Origin: a bacterium | Lineage (GTDB): Bacteria > Patescibacteriota > Minisyncoccia > Phycocordibacterales > Phycocordibacteraceae | Assembly (NCBI GenBank): GCA_037200965.1 | Contig: JBBCGK010000001.1 | Coordinates: 1-64,000, forward strand | DNA: 64,000 nucleotides | Direction of reading: 5' to 3' | Part shown: piece by piece, positions 18,584 through 26,779 of the stretch | Position numbering within the stretch: the stretch's first letter is position 1 | Layout of the letters: every line of letters starts with the position of its first letter | Program-made: the position numbers and the translations under genes | Notes under the pieces: generated by a model | Seen by the model: the letters and a program-made list of their open reading frames with translations, nothing else | What the model was told of the DNA's origin: nothing | Database searches by the model: none

Positions 18584-19492
18584 ATGAACAAAACCATTAT
18601 CGCAGTTGTAGCGGTCGTCGTTATTATCCTCATCGGCATCGGTGCCTATTTCTTTACTAAAACCGCCCCCGCCCCGGTGACTTCAGGGGAAACGGCATCG
18701 AGTACGGTACCGGTGCCGGAGGCTACGCAGGGAACGGCGCAAAGCGACGGCAAGACTTCGGTCATCGGCACCTCGGCCGGAGGAAATGCCATCACCGCGT
18801 ACCACTACGGCACGGGAGATGCCGAGCTTCTCTTCGTCGGCGGCATCCACGGCGGCTACGAGTGGAACACCGCTCTTGTCGCCTATCAGCTCATGGACTA
18901 TCTCGACGCGCATCCGGATGCGGTACCGAAGAACGAGAAAGTGACGGTCATCCCCGTCCTGAACCCGGACGGCCTTGAGAAAGTCGTCGGCACCACCGGA
19001 CGCTTCAGCGCTTCCGACGTGCCGTCCTCGCAGGCGGCTACCGTCCCCGGCCGCTTCAACGCCAATACCGTCGATCTCAACCGAAACTTCGACTGCGACT
19101 GGCAGGCCGAAGGCACCTGGCAAAGCACGAAGGTGAGCGGGGGCACGAGCGCTTTCTCCGAGCCCGAGAGCCAGGCGGTCAAGTCATACGTGGAAGCGCA
19201 GAAGCCGATGGCGGTCGTCGTCTGGTACAGCTCGGCGGGCGGCGTGTTCTCCTCGAATTGCCACGGCGGCGTCCTTCCGGAAACCGCAACCCTCACGAAG
19301 CTCTTCGCGGACGCGTCCGGCTATCCGGCTCACGCATCGTTCGATTTCTACGCCATTACGGGCGACATGGTGAACTGGCTCGCGAAGCTCAAAGTCCCGG
19401 CCATAAGCGTGCTTCTCACCAACCATACCGATACGGAATGGGATAAGAACTGGAAGGGCATCAGCGCGGTTCTCAACCACTACGCGGAGTAA
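18584..19492 (+). CDS. M14-family zinc carboxypeptidase, membrane-anchored
   Basis: N-terminal TM. M14 motifs (GGIHGGYEWNT, DLNRNFDC, SAFSEPES). Confidence 0.8.
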   Translation: MNKTIIAVVAVVVIILIGIGAYFFTKTAPAPVTSGETASSTVPVPEATQGTAQSDGKTSVIGTSAGGNAITAYHYGTGDAELLFVGGIHGGYEWNTALVAYQLMDYLDAHPDAVPKNEKVTVIPVLNPDGLEKVVGTTGRFSASDVPSSQAATVPGRFNANTVDLNRNFDCDWQAEGTWQSTKVSGGTSAFSEPESQAVKSYVEAQKPMAVVVWYSSAGGVFSSNCHGGVLPETATLTKLFADASGYPAHASFDFYAITGDMVNWLAKLKVPAISVLLTNHTDTEWDKNWKGISAVLNHYAE

Positions 19493-20373
19493 TGGGAGTT
19501 TCGAGAACCTGTCTCGTCATCGGCATTCTCGTTCTCGCGGTACTTGCCGCGGGGGCATGGATGCTTTTCGGCCGGCACGCAAAAGCGCCGGAACCCGCAC
19601 CGGCAGAGCCCCAGAAGGTTTCGGTTCCTGTTCCTTCTGCGAAAGGTATCGGTTCTTCCGTGGAGGGCCGTTCGATCACGGCCTATAGCTACGGAACGGG
19701 TCCGAAGCACCTGTTGTTCGTCGGCGGCATGCACGGCGGCTATGAGTGGAACAGCGTCCTTCTCGCATACCAGTTCATGGATTATCTTGCCGCGCATCCC
19801 GAAACCGTTCCCGCAAGCCTTACTATCGACGTAATACCGTCGATCAATCCGGACGGGGTCTTTAAGGCGGTCGGCAAGGAAGGCCGCTTTAGCGCCGCCG
19901 ATGCCTCGACCGATTCGAAGGTTCTCGCGTCGGCGCGCTTCAACGCGCACGCCGTCGATCTCAACCGCAACTTCGACTGCAAATGGCAGGCTACGAGCAC
20001 GTGGCAGGGGAGGCCCGTGAGCGCCGGAACGAGCGCCTTCTCGGAGCCCGAGAGCCGGGCGGTCAGGACAGTCGTTACGGAACATCACCCTGCCGCCGTC
20101 GTCTTCTGGCACAGCCAGGCAAATGCCGTCTATGCTTCCGAGTGCACGCAGGGAATCCTTCCCGGCACGCTTGCGAGCATGGACGCGTATGCGCATGCGG
20201 CGGGATATCCGGCGGTCAAAACGTTCGACGCATACCCGATCACCGGGGACGCCGAAGGCTGGCTCGCGTCAATCGGCATTCCCGCGATCACGGTTGAACT
20301 CGCGACCCACGAGACGGTCGAATGGGATCGCAACCTTCTCGGCATACAAGCGCTTATCGATCTCTATAAATAG
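19492..20373 (+). CDS. M14-family zinc carboxypeptidase (paralog of the upstream gene)
   Basis: Same motifs (GGMHGGYEWNS, DLNRNFDC, SAFSEPES). Start coincides with the upstream stop. Tandem duplication. Confidence 0.8.
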   Translation: MGVSRTCLVIGILVLAVLAAGAWMLFGRHAKAPEPAPAEPQKVSVPVPSAKGIGSSVEGRSITAYSYGTGPKHLLFVGGMHGGYEWNSVLLAYQFMDYLAAHPETVPASLTIDVIPSINPDGVFKAVGKEGRFSAADASTDSKVLASARFNAHAVDLNRNFDCKWQATSTWQGRPVSAGTSAFSEPESRAVRTVVTEHHPAAVVFWHSQANAVYASECTQGILPGTLASMDAYAHAAGYPAVKTFDAYPITGDAEGWLASIGIPAITVELATHETVEWDRNLLGIQALIDLYK

Positions 20374-20678
20374 CGGATTGCCGCATGCGGGGCATGCGGG
20401 TATACTGAAGAAGTGAGTTTCCCGGACCCGAGGTTCGGGATTGATTTATCTAGTAACACGAACGACATGGACCCAATCACCACCCCCGACGAGACGGCAG
20501 TACCGATGGCCCCGGCAGAAGCGCCAGCAGATGCCCCGATGGCAGCGCCGGAGGAAACTCCCGCAGCGTAACGGTATTGACCGCAAAATCCCGCCACGTT
20601 TCAGTGGCGGGATTTTGCATTTCGGTGGATAAGCGCGCTTCTCAAGTGCGGGGCAGTGCGGCTATAGTATGTACATCC

Positions 20679-21419
20679 ATGTCGCAGCCTTCACCCTACA
20701 TGTTTCGCGATACGCATCTGGTGCTTGATAACCCGGGCAAGCAGTACGTCTACAAGATCCGCGACCTTGCTCCCGCGGACAAGCCGCGCGAGCGGCTCCT
20801 TTCGGCGGGCCCCGGCGCGCTGACGCTTCCGCAGCTTCTCTCCGTGGTGCTCAATGTCGGAACGGTGCGGGAGGGCGTGCTCGAGATGTCTTCGCGCATC
20901 ATGCAGGAATACGGGGAGAAGAGCCTGGCCGCGAGGAACGACGCGAAACGGCTCTCCGAGGACCTCGACATCCCGCTTATAAAAGCGACCCAGATCGTCG
21001 CGTGCATCGAGATAGGCCGCAGGCTCTTCGAGCGCAACCGGCACGGCCAGAGGGTGGTCCGCACCGCGCGCGACGTGTTCGAGTACGCCGCGAATCTGCG
21101 GCTGCTGCCCAAGGAGCACCTGCGCGGCATCTATCTGAACGCGCACTACAAAGTGATCCACGACGAAGTGGTATCGATCGGCACCGTCGACGCGAACATG
21201 ATCCATCCGCGGGAGGTATTCAAGCCCGCGCTTGAGTATTCCGCGGCCGCGGTCATCCTGGTGCATAACCATCCTTCGGGCGAGACGGCGCCCTCCGAAG
21301 CGGACAAGATCGTGACCGCGCAGCTCGTCGCCGCGGGGAAGCTGCTCGGCGTCCACCTCATCGATCATGTGGTGGTCACGGAGTCCGGCTTCGAAAGCGT
21401 TCCGGCCGATTACGAATAA
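20679..21419 (+). CDS. radC: RadC-like JAB/MPN-domain protein
   Basis: LVHNHPSG JAMM motif with the conserved RadC core. Start taken at ATG 20679. Confidence 0.85.
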   Translation: MSQPSPYMFRDTHLVLDNPGKQYVYKIRDLAPADKPRERLLSAGPGALTLPQLLSVVLNVGTVREGVLEMSSRIMQEYGEKSLAARNDAKRLSEDLDIPLIKATQIVACIEIGRRLFERNRHGQRVVRTARDVFEYAANLRLLPKEHLRGIYLNAHYKVIHDEVVSIGTVDANMIHPREVFKPALEYSAAAVILVHNHPSGETAPSEADKIVTAQLVAAGKLLGVHLIDHVVVTESGFESVPADYE

Positions 21420-21437
21420 TTTCAATTACCTGCCTGT

Positions 21438-21713
21438 ATGACTCCTGCCTGTGAAAGAACCTACGGTATCCCGGGCGTGGCAATCGCCTCGCCGTATTGG
21501 GTGCTCAGGGACGGCAATGCCGCGCTGCCCGCATTCATCATGGAAACGCTGCGGCGCGTGAACGAACGCCTTGAGCAGGCAGCCGCCCTGGAGCAGATAC
21601 TCACGCCCGGGGACGAACAGGGCATCAGGGCGCTTACGGAAAAGCTCTTCGAAGCGAAGCGCGTCTGGCAGGAAACGCTCGAAGGCGAGGTCCTCCACCG
21701 GCTGTCGAAATAA
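21438..21713 (+). CDS. hypothetical protein
   Basis: 91-aa ORF. No family recognised. Confidence 0.35.
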   Translation: MTPACERTYGIPGVAIASPYWVLRDGNAALPAFIMETLRRVNERLEQAAALEQILTPGDEQGIRALTEKLFEAKRVWQETLEGEVLHRLSK

Positions 21714-21759
21714 GCGCCGTACCGCAGCTCCGGATTCTGCGGTTTGCTATACTTTCCGT

Positions 21760-21927
21760 ATGCTCGAACGAAAGACATCGCTTGCCCTCGGCCTCATCCT
21801 TGGCGTGGTCATAGGAGCCCTGGTGCCGAGGCTCTGGGGCGAGGAAGTTCTTTCTTCGTCGTCCCTTCTTTGGGGCGGCATCGGGGCCGTGATCGGCCTC
21901 TATGTGTCGCACCGGTTATCGAACTGA
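21760..21927 (+). CDS. small membrane protein (hypothetical)
   Basis: ATG at 21760 gives a 55-aa peptide with one or two TM helices. Weak evidence. Confidence 0.25.
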   Translation: MLERKTSLALGLILGVVIGALVPRLWGEEVLSSSSLLWGGIGAVIGLYVSHRLSN

Positions 21928-22085
21928 GAGAACTTCCGCGGGCGCGATGCCCGGCGCCGTCTGTCCGTCGCTCCCCGTAACCAGCCACCATACGCCGCCG
22001 AGAGCGACAGCGGCCGCGACAATCCAGAGAATCCATTTTTCGGTCGAAGACATGGCTTCAGTATACCGCGTGCTATGCTTTTTTC

Positions 22086-22292
22086 ATGATTGATCCGGAA
22101 CTCGCGGAGCGCCTTTCGGGGCTCGAGGCCAAAATAGACGCGGCCTATGCCTCGACCGAAAAGACACGCGCGTATCTCTGGTGGAGCGGCGTGATCGCGG
22201 TCGTATTGTTCGTTCTCCCGCTTATCGCTCTCCTCTTCGCCATCCCTTCGTTCATTTCTACGTATCCGGCCGGACTCGAAACCATTCAATAG
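22086..22292 (+). CDS. small membrane protein (hypothetical)
   Basis: 68-aa with a C-terminal TM helix. Confidence 0.3.
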   Translation: MIDPELAERLSGLEAKIDAAYASTEKTRAYLWWSGVIAVVLFVLPLIALLFAIPSFISTYPAGLETIQ

Positions 22293-22866
22293 CGACGGGA
22301 ACGAAGGAAATAACAATGATCCCGATGCTTATCGGAAACAGATACTCTTGCAGTACCGGAAAGGCGCTTCCGAGCGTAAAGCCGACGAGGGTGATTCCTG
22401 CCCCCCAGGCGACGGCACCGGCGACGTTGTAGGTGAAGAAGGTGCGATAGGGCATGCGGCCGATACCCGCGAAAAAAGGCGCGAGGGTGCGCACGACGGG
22501 CACGAACCGTGCGATCACGACGGCCCGTGCCCCGTGCTTCTCGTAGAAGCGTTCCGTCCGCGCCACGTATTCCCGTTTAAAGAGCCACGAATCCGGACGG
22601 TTGAAGAGCATCCGTCCGGCTCTCGCTCCTATCCAATAGCCCACGCTGTCGCCGACGATCGCCGCGCCGACACAGAGGACAACGACCAGCCAGATATGGA
22701 GATAGCCTTCGGCGGAAAGAAGGCCCGCGGCGAAAAGAAGGCTGTCGCCGGGAAGAAAGATGCCAAGCAGGATGCCCGATTCGAAGAACACGATGGCGGT
22801 GAAGCCGAGATACCCGGCGGTTTTGAGAAACGTCACCGGATCGATATGAAGGAGGGCGTCGGACAT
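22258..22866 (-). CDS. DedA/VTT-domain membrane protein (second paralog)
   Basis: Start at ATG 22866 (MSDALLHIDPVTFLK...). DedA motifs (GDSVGYWIGARAG). Confidence 0.75.
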   Translation of the reverse strand: MSDALLHIDPVTFLKTAGYLGFTAIVFFESGILLGIFLPGDSLLFAAGLLSAEGYLHIWLVVVLCVGAAIVGDSVGYWIGARAGRMLFNRPDSWLFKREYVARTERFYEKHGARAVVIARFVPVVRTLAPFFAGIGRMPYRTFFTYNVAGAVAWGAGITLVGFTLGSAFPVLQEYLFPISIGIIVISFVPVAIEWFRVRPDT

Positions 22867-22951
22867 GAAGCAGTAATTATACACACCCTGCCGATTTTTC
22901 GTTCATGGTAGGTTCTAAGTCCGGTGAGTTTTATACGCTAACCAGTAACCT

Positions 22952-23527
22952 ATGCCACATATACAGATAATCCTCGGAAGCACGAGAGAAGGCAGGAACG
23001 GAGAGAAGGTCGCGAAGTGGGTTGCGCGCGAGGCGGCATTGAGAAGCGACTTCACTTCGGAAGTCCTCGATGTTAAGGAATTCAACCTGCCCTTTTTCGA
23101 AGGCGCGGGAAGTCCGGGCATGACGGGCATCATAGCGCCTGAGGCGGCAAAGTGGTCGGAAGCGGTCGCGAAGGGCGACGGTTATATCATCGTCACTCCC
23201 GAATACAACCATGGCTATCCGGCCCCGCTTAAGAACGCGCTCGACCATCTCTATAAGGAATGGAACAACAAGCCGGTGGCGTTCGTAAGCTACGGGGGAG
23301 CCGCGGGCGGCGTACGCGCCGCCGAGCAGCTCCGGCAAGTGGCTGCCGAGCTTCGCATGGCTTCGATACGGGATTCGGTCGTGATTCCCGCGGTATGGGC
23401 CGCCTTTACGAGCGATGGCGAGCCTCTCGAGAAGGAGTCGCTTGCAAAGACGCTCGGGGAAGTGTTCGACCAGCTTGCGATGTGGGCTGACGGTCTCAGG
23501 ACGATGAGAGAAAAGGCGGGAAAGTAG
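22952..23527 (+). CDS. NADPH-dependent FMN reductase (flavodoxin-like fold)
   Basis: IIVTPEYNHGYPAPLKNALD motif, typical of the NADPH-dependent FMN reductase family. Confidence 0.8.
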   Translation: MPHIQIILGSTREGRNGEKVAKWVAREAALRSDFTSEVLDVKEFNLPFFEGAGSPGMTGIIAPEAAKWSEAVAKGDGYIIVTPEYNHGYPAPLKNALDHLYKEWNNKPVAFVSYGGAAGGVRAAEQLRQVAAELRMASIRDSVVIPAVWAAFTSDGEPLEKESLAKTLGEVFDQLAMWADGLRTMREKAGK

Positions 23528-23545
23528 AGTACAGATGAAAAGCTT

Positions 23546-23590
23546 CGGGCGCGGCTTGGATAAGCCGCGCCCGTTTCGTTTCACTTTTGC
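23546..23590. terminator. rho-independent terminator (12-bp GC-rich stem + T-run)
   Basis: CGGGCGCGGCTT (23546-23557), loop GGAT, AAGCCGCGCCCG (23562-23573), then TTTCGTTTCACTTTTG. Serves the convergent genes on both sides. Confidence 0.65.
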
Positions 23591-23946
23591 CGGGCGGCCT
23601 CGATCTTCCATGCCGCGGTCAGCTGGCGGCAGTCTTCGGCATAGGAGACTGGCGGTTTAAGCGACTCCTCGCCGTTCAGACCGAATGAGACGGCCTGGTT
23701 AAGCGGAATATCGATATCGGCGAGTCGGTCGAGGAACGATTTGCCGGTGAGATGCGCGACAACGTCGTTTCCGGGGTCGGCGATATTAAGCGTTCTCGAA
23801 TCTATTCGCGCTCTCCATGCTTTGAATCCTTTGTGATCGAAGTGCGCGGCGCAGTTCGCGACGCGTGCAGGCGGGGGAGTTCTCATTGCGTCGTCTCCGC
23901 AAAGGGTATCTGACGAGAACGATACTCTGCCCGCGCGGAAACGCAA
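23581..23946 (-). CDS. hypothetical protein
   Basis: 121-aa minus-strand ORF. The start may be the internal ATG (MRTPPP...). No family. Confidence 0.35.
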   Translation of the reverse strand: MRFRAGRVSFSSDTLCGDDAMRTPPPARVANCAAHFDHKGFKAWRARIDSRTLNIADPGNDVVAHLTGKSFLDRLADIDIPLNQAVSFGLNGEESLKPPVSYAEDCRQLTAAWKIEAARQK

Positions 23947-23989
23947 ATCGGGAACGTATCCCCGATACGAAGGGAAAGACCATGTTCGA

Positions 23990-26776
23990 ATGCTTTATAC
24001 TGTACTCATCATGGAAGGAATCGCGCAGCCGATACAGACGCCGGAAGAAGAGCTCGCCTATCTTCGGGCGCAAGTGGCGGCAAAGGAAAACGAACTTCGG
24101 GGACTTCGCAGAGAAAGCGCGCCTCCGGTAGCGACGGCCGAGATCGTGCATGAGCGCATCATCCATCATAAAGAAACCCCCGCGGAAGAAGTTCTCGCAC
24201 CGGCGTATCAAATGCCCGAGACCGAAGTCAAGGCGCTCGCGCTCAACCTCGACCCGAAGGACGACGATGCGACCATCACCGAACTCATGCAGATCATAGA
24301 AACGAGAGGCATCAGGAATGCGCTTTCGGTTCTCGAAAAGATGGACAACCCGCATATCGAGGACGATTTCCACAGGTTCCTCGTGCAGTACGTCCTTTCG
24401 GGCATGCAGGTCAAGGGACTCGACGAGAAGGCTCCGACCTGGAAAGCGCTCCATATGACGCTTTACGAAGTCGCGCTTCCGGAGCCCGACGCCAAGGGCG
24501 AAGGGCGGGAGAAGCCGCTTAAGGAACTGGTCTCCGCGATGGAACAGTTCTATGCGGGCATGCTTTCGGTGGGAGAGGCGTACGCCGGGGAGCCGCGCTA
24601 TTTTTCGATGGAGCTCGCGGTTCCCGTCGGTCGCGCCGACCTTCTTTTCTATGTCGCGGTTCCAAACGGCAAGCGCGATCTCTTCGAGAAGCAGCTCCTG
24701 GCGATCTTTCCCCATGCGCATATCGCGCCGCAGCCAAACGATTATAACGTCTTCGCCGAAGACGGAACGTCGCTCGTTTCCGTCGCAAAGCTCTCCGAAA
24801 AGCCCATGCTTCCCCTTAAGGACTACGCTGACTTCGACTACGATCCCCTCAACGGGATATTGAACGCGTTCGCGAAGATCGCCGCGGAAGGCGAGGGGGC
24901 GGCGCTGCAGCTCCTTATCGAGCCCGCAGGAGACCGGTATCTCAAGCACTATCGCAAAGTTCTCGATGCGCTCAGGAAGGGCAAGAAGCGAAGCGAAGCC
25001 TTCTCGCTTCCCGAGACCGCGTTTGGGGAGGTAGCAAAGGAGTTCGGCTCCTTCTTCCTTCCGGGAGGAAAGTCCAGGGACGGGCAAAAGCAGCGGGAGG
25101 CCGAACAGCGGCAGATCGAGGCGAATAAGACCGATATCGAAGCGCTCGAAAAGAAGCTCGGGTCTCCCGTCGTCGAAGCGACGATGCGGCTCGTGGTATC
25201 GGGGACCGACGCGGTACGCGCGGGCCAGGTGCAGGGCGAGCTGGAGTCGGCGTTCAACCAGTTCGGCAATACCAGGGGGAATACGCTCGCGTGGGAGCGG
25301 CCGTCCGGAAGTACGGGCAAGAGAGCGATCCGCGATTTTTCGTTCCGTACCGCCGTCGGTTCCGCGCTTCCTCTTTCGCTTAAGGAGGTGACCACGCTCT
25401 ATCACTTCCCGCCAAACGGCATCAAATCCGCGCCGAGCCTCAAGCAGGCGCGGTTTTCGACCGCCGCCGCGCCGCTCACGCTCTCCGGAGAAGGGACGCA
25501 GATCGGCACCAACACGTTCCGCGGCGTCGAGACGAAGGTGTTTATCGCGGACGAAGACCGCCTCAGGCATCTCTATGCGATCGGGCAGACCGGCGCCGGA
25601 AAGACCGGCCTCCTCCGGACGCTCATCGACCAGGATGTCCGGGCCGGAAAGGGCGTCTGCTTCATCGACCCGCACGGAAACGACATTCTCGAGGTGCTTG
25701 CCGGCGTTCCGCCCGAGCGCTATGAGGACGTCATCTATTTCGACCCGGCGGATACGTCGCGGCCGTTCGGGCTGAATCTTCTCGAATACGATCCGTCGCG
25801 CCCCGAACAGAAGACCTTCATCGTGAACGAGATCCTCGCCATTTTCCGCCGCCTCTATGGCGACGTGCCCGAGTCGATGGGTCCCGCCTTCGAGCAGTAC
25901 TTCAGGAACGCGACGCTTCTCGTCATGGAGGATCCCGCAAGCGGTTCGACCATACTCGATATCCCGCGCGTGCTCGCGAACAAGGCGTTCCGCGACCTGA
26001 AGCTTTCGAGAAGCAATAATCCCGTCGTCAATCAGTTCTGGACCGAGATCGCGACCAAGGCCGAAGGCGAAGCGTCGCTTCAGAACATCGTGCCGTATAT
26101 CACGAACAAGTTCGACGACTTCACCGCGAACGACTTCATGCGCCCGATCGTCGGGCAGCAGCAGTCCTCCTTCCATTTCCGGGAAGTGATCGATAACAAG
26201 AAGATACTCCTCGTGAATCTTTCGAAAGGAAGGCTCGGGGAACGAAACGCGAACCTCATCGGACTCATCGTGGTCGGCAAACTTTTCATGGCCGCGCTCT
26301 CACGGGCCGACAATCCCCGGGCAGAGTACAATCCCTTCTATCTCTATATCGACGAGTTCCAGAACATCACGACCGACTCCATCCCCGGCATCCTTTCCGA
26401 AGCCCGGAAATACAAGCTTTCGCTCACCATGGCGCACCAGTTCCTTTCACAGGTTGACGAGAAGATCCGCGACGCCGTATTCGGGAACGTGGGCAACATG
26501 GCCGTGTTTCGGGTGGGCGAGGAGGATGCCGAGTTCTTCGAGAAGCAGTTCGCGCCGGCGTTCTCCGCGACCGATTTCGTGAACCTCGAAAACCGCAACG
26601 CCTATGTCCGCATTCTCGCAGGGGGGGTACCCCAAAAGCCCTTCAACATAAAGACCCTGAACCTCAAACCGGGGAATCCCGACCAGATAGACGACCTCAG
26701 GCAGTTATCCTCCCTGACATATGGCAGGGACCGTGGTATGGTTGAAGGCATGATTAGAAGCCGGTATATTTCGTAA
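23990..26776 (+). CDS. P-loop NTPase of the TraG/VirD4 (T4CP)/HerA-FtsK superfamily with a ~450-aa unknown N-terminal region
   Basis: 928 aa. Walker A GQTGAGKTG, a DPHGN segment, Walker B YLYIDEFQN, and a C-terminal TMAHQFLSQV...NVGNMAVFRVG motif resembling TraD/TraG C-termini. The long minus-strand ORF 23786-26176 is its antisense shadow. Confidence 0.6.
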   Translation: MLYTVLIMEGIAQPIQTPEEELAYLRAQVAAKENELRGLRRESAPPVATAEIVHERIIHHKETPAEEVLAPAYQMPETEVKALALNLDPKDDDATITELMQIIETRGIRNALSVLEKMDNPHIEDDFHRFLVQYVLSGMQVKGLDEKAPTWKALHMTLYEVALPEPDAKGEGREKPLKELVSAMEQFYAGMLSVGEAYAGEPRYFSMELAVPVGRADLLFYVAVPNGKRDLFEKQLLAIFPHAHIAPQPNDYNVFAEDGTSLVSVAKLSEKPMLPLKDYADFDYDPLNGILNAFAKIAAEGEGAALQLLIEPAGDRYLKHYRKVLDALRKGKKRSEAFSLPETAFGEVAKEFGSFFLPGGKSRDGQKQREAEQRQIEANKTDIEALEKKLGSPVVEATMRLVVSGTDAVRAGQVQGELESAFNQFGNTRGNTLAWERPSGSTGKRAIRDFSFRTAVGSALPLSLKEVTTLYHFPPNGIKSAPSLKQARFSTAAAPLTLSGEGTQIGTNTFRGVETKVFIADEDRLRHLYAIGQTGAGKTGLLRTLIDQDVRAGKGVCFIDPHGNDILEVLAGVPPERYEDVIYFDPADTSRPFGLNLLEYDPSRPEQKTFIVNEILAIFRRLYGDVPESMGPAFEQYFRNATLLVMEDPASGSTILDIPRVLANKAFRDLKLSRSNNPVVNQFWTEIATKAEGEASLQNIVPYITNKFDDFTANDFMRPIVGQQQSSFHFREVIDNKKILLVNLSKGRLGERNANLIGLIVVGKLFMAALSRADNPRAEYNPFYLYIDEFQNITTDSIPGILSEARKYKLSLTMAHQFLSQVDEKIRDAVFGNVGNMAVFRVGEEDAEFFEKQFAPAFSATDFVNLENRNAYVRILAGGVPQKPFNIKTLNLKPGNPDQIDDLRQLSSLTYGRDRGMVEGMIRSRYIS

Positions 26777-26779
26777 TCC

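Noticed and set aside
20691-21425. 244-aa minus-strand ORF
   Set aside because: Antisense to radC.
23786-26176. 796-aa minus-strand ORF
   Set aside because: Antisense shadow of the 928-aa ATPase gene (23990-26776). Arg/Gly/Leu-rich composition typical of reverse-frame artefacts in high-GC DNA, with no motifs.
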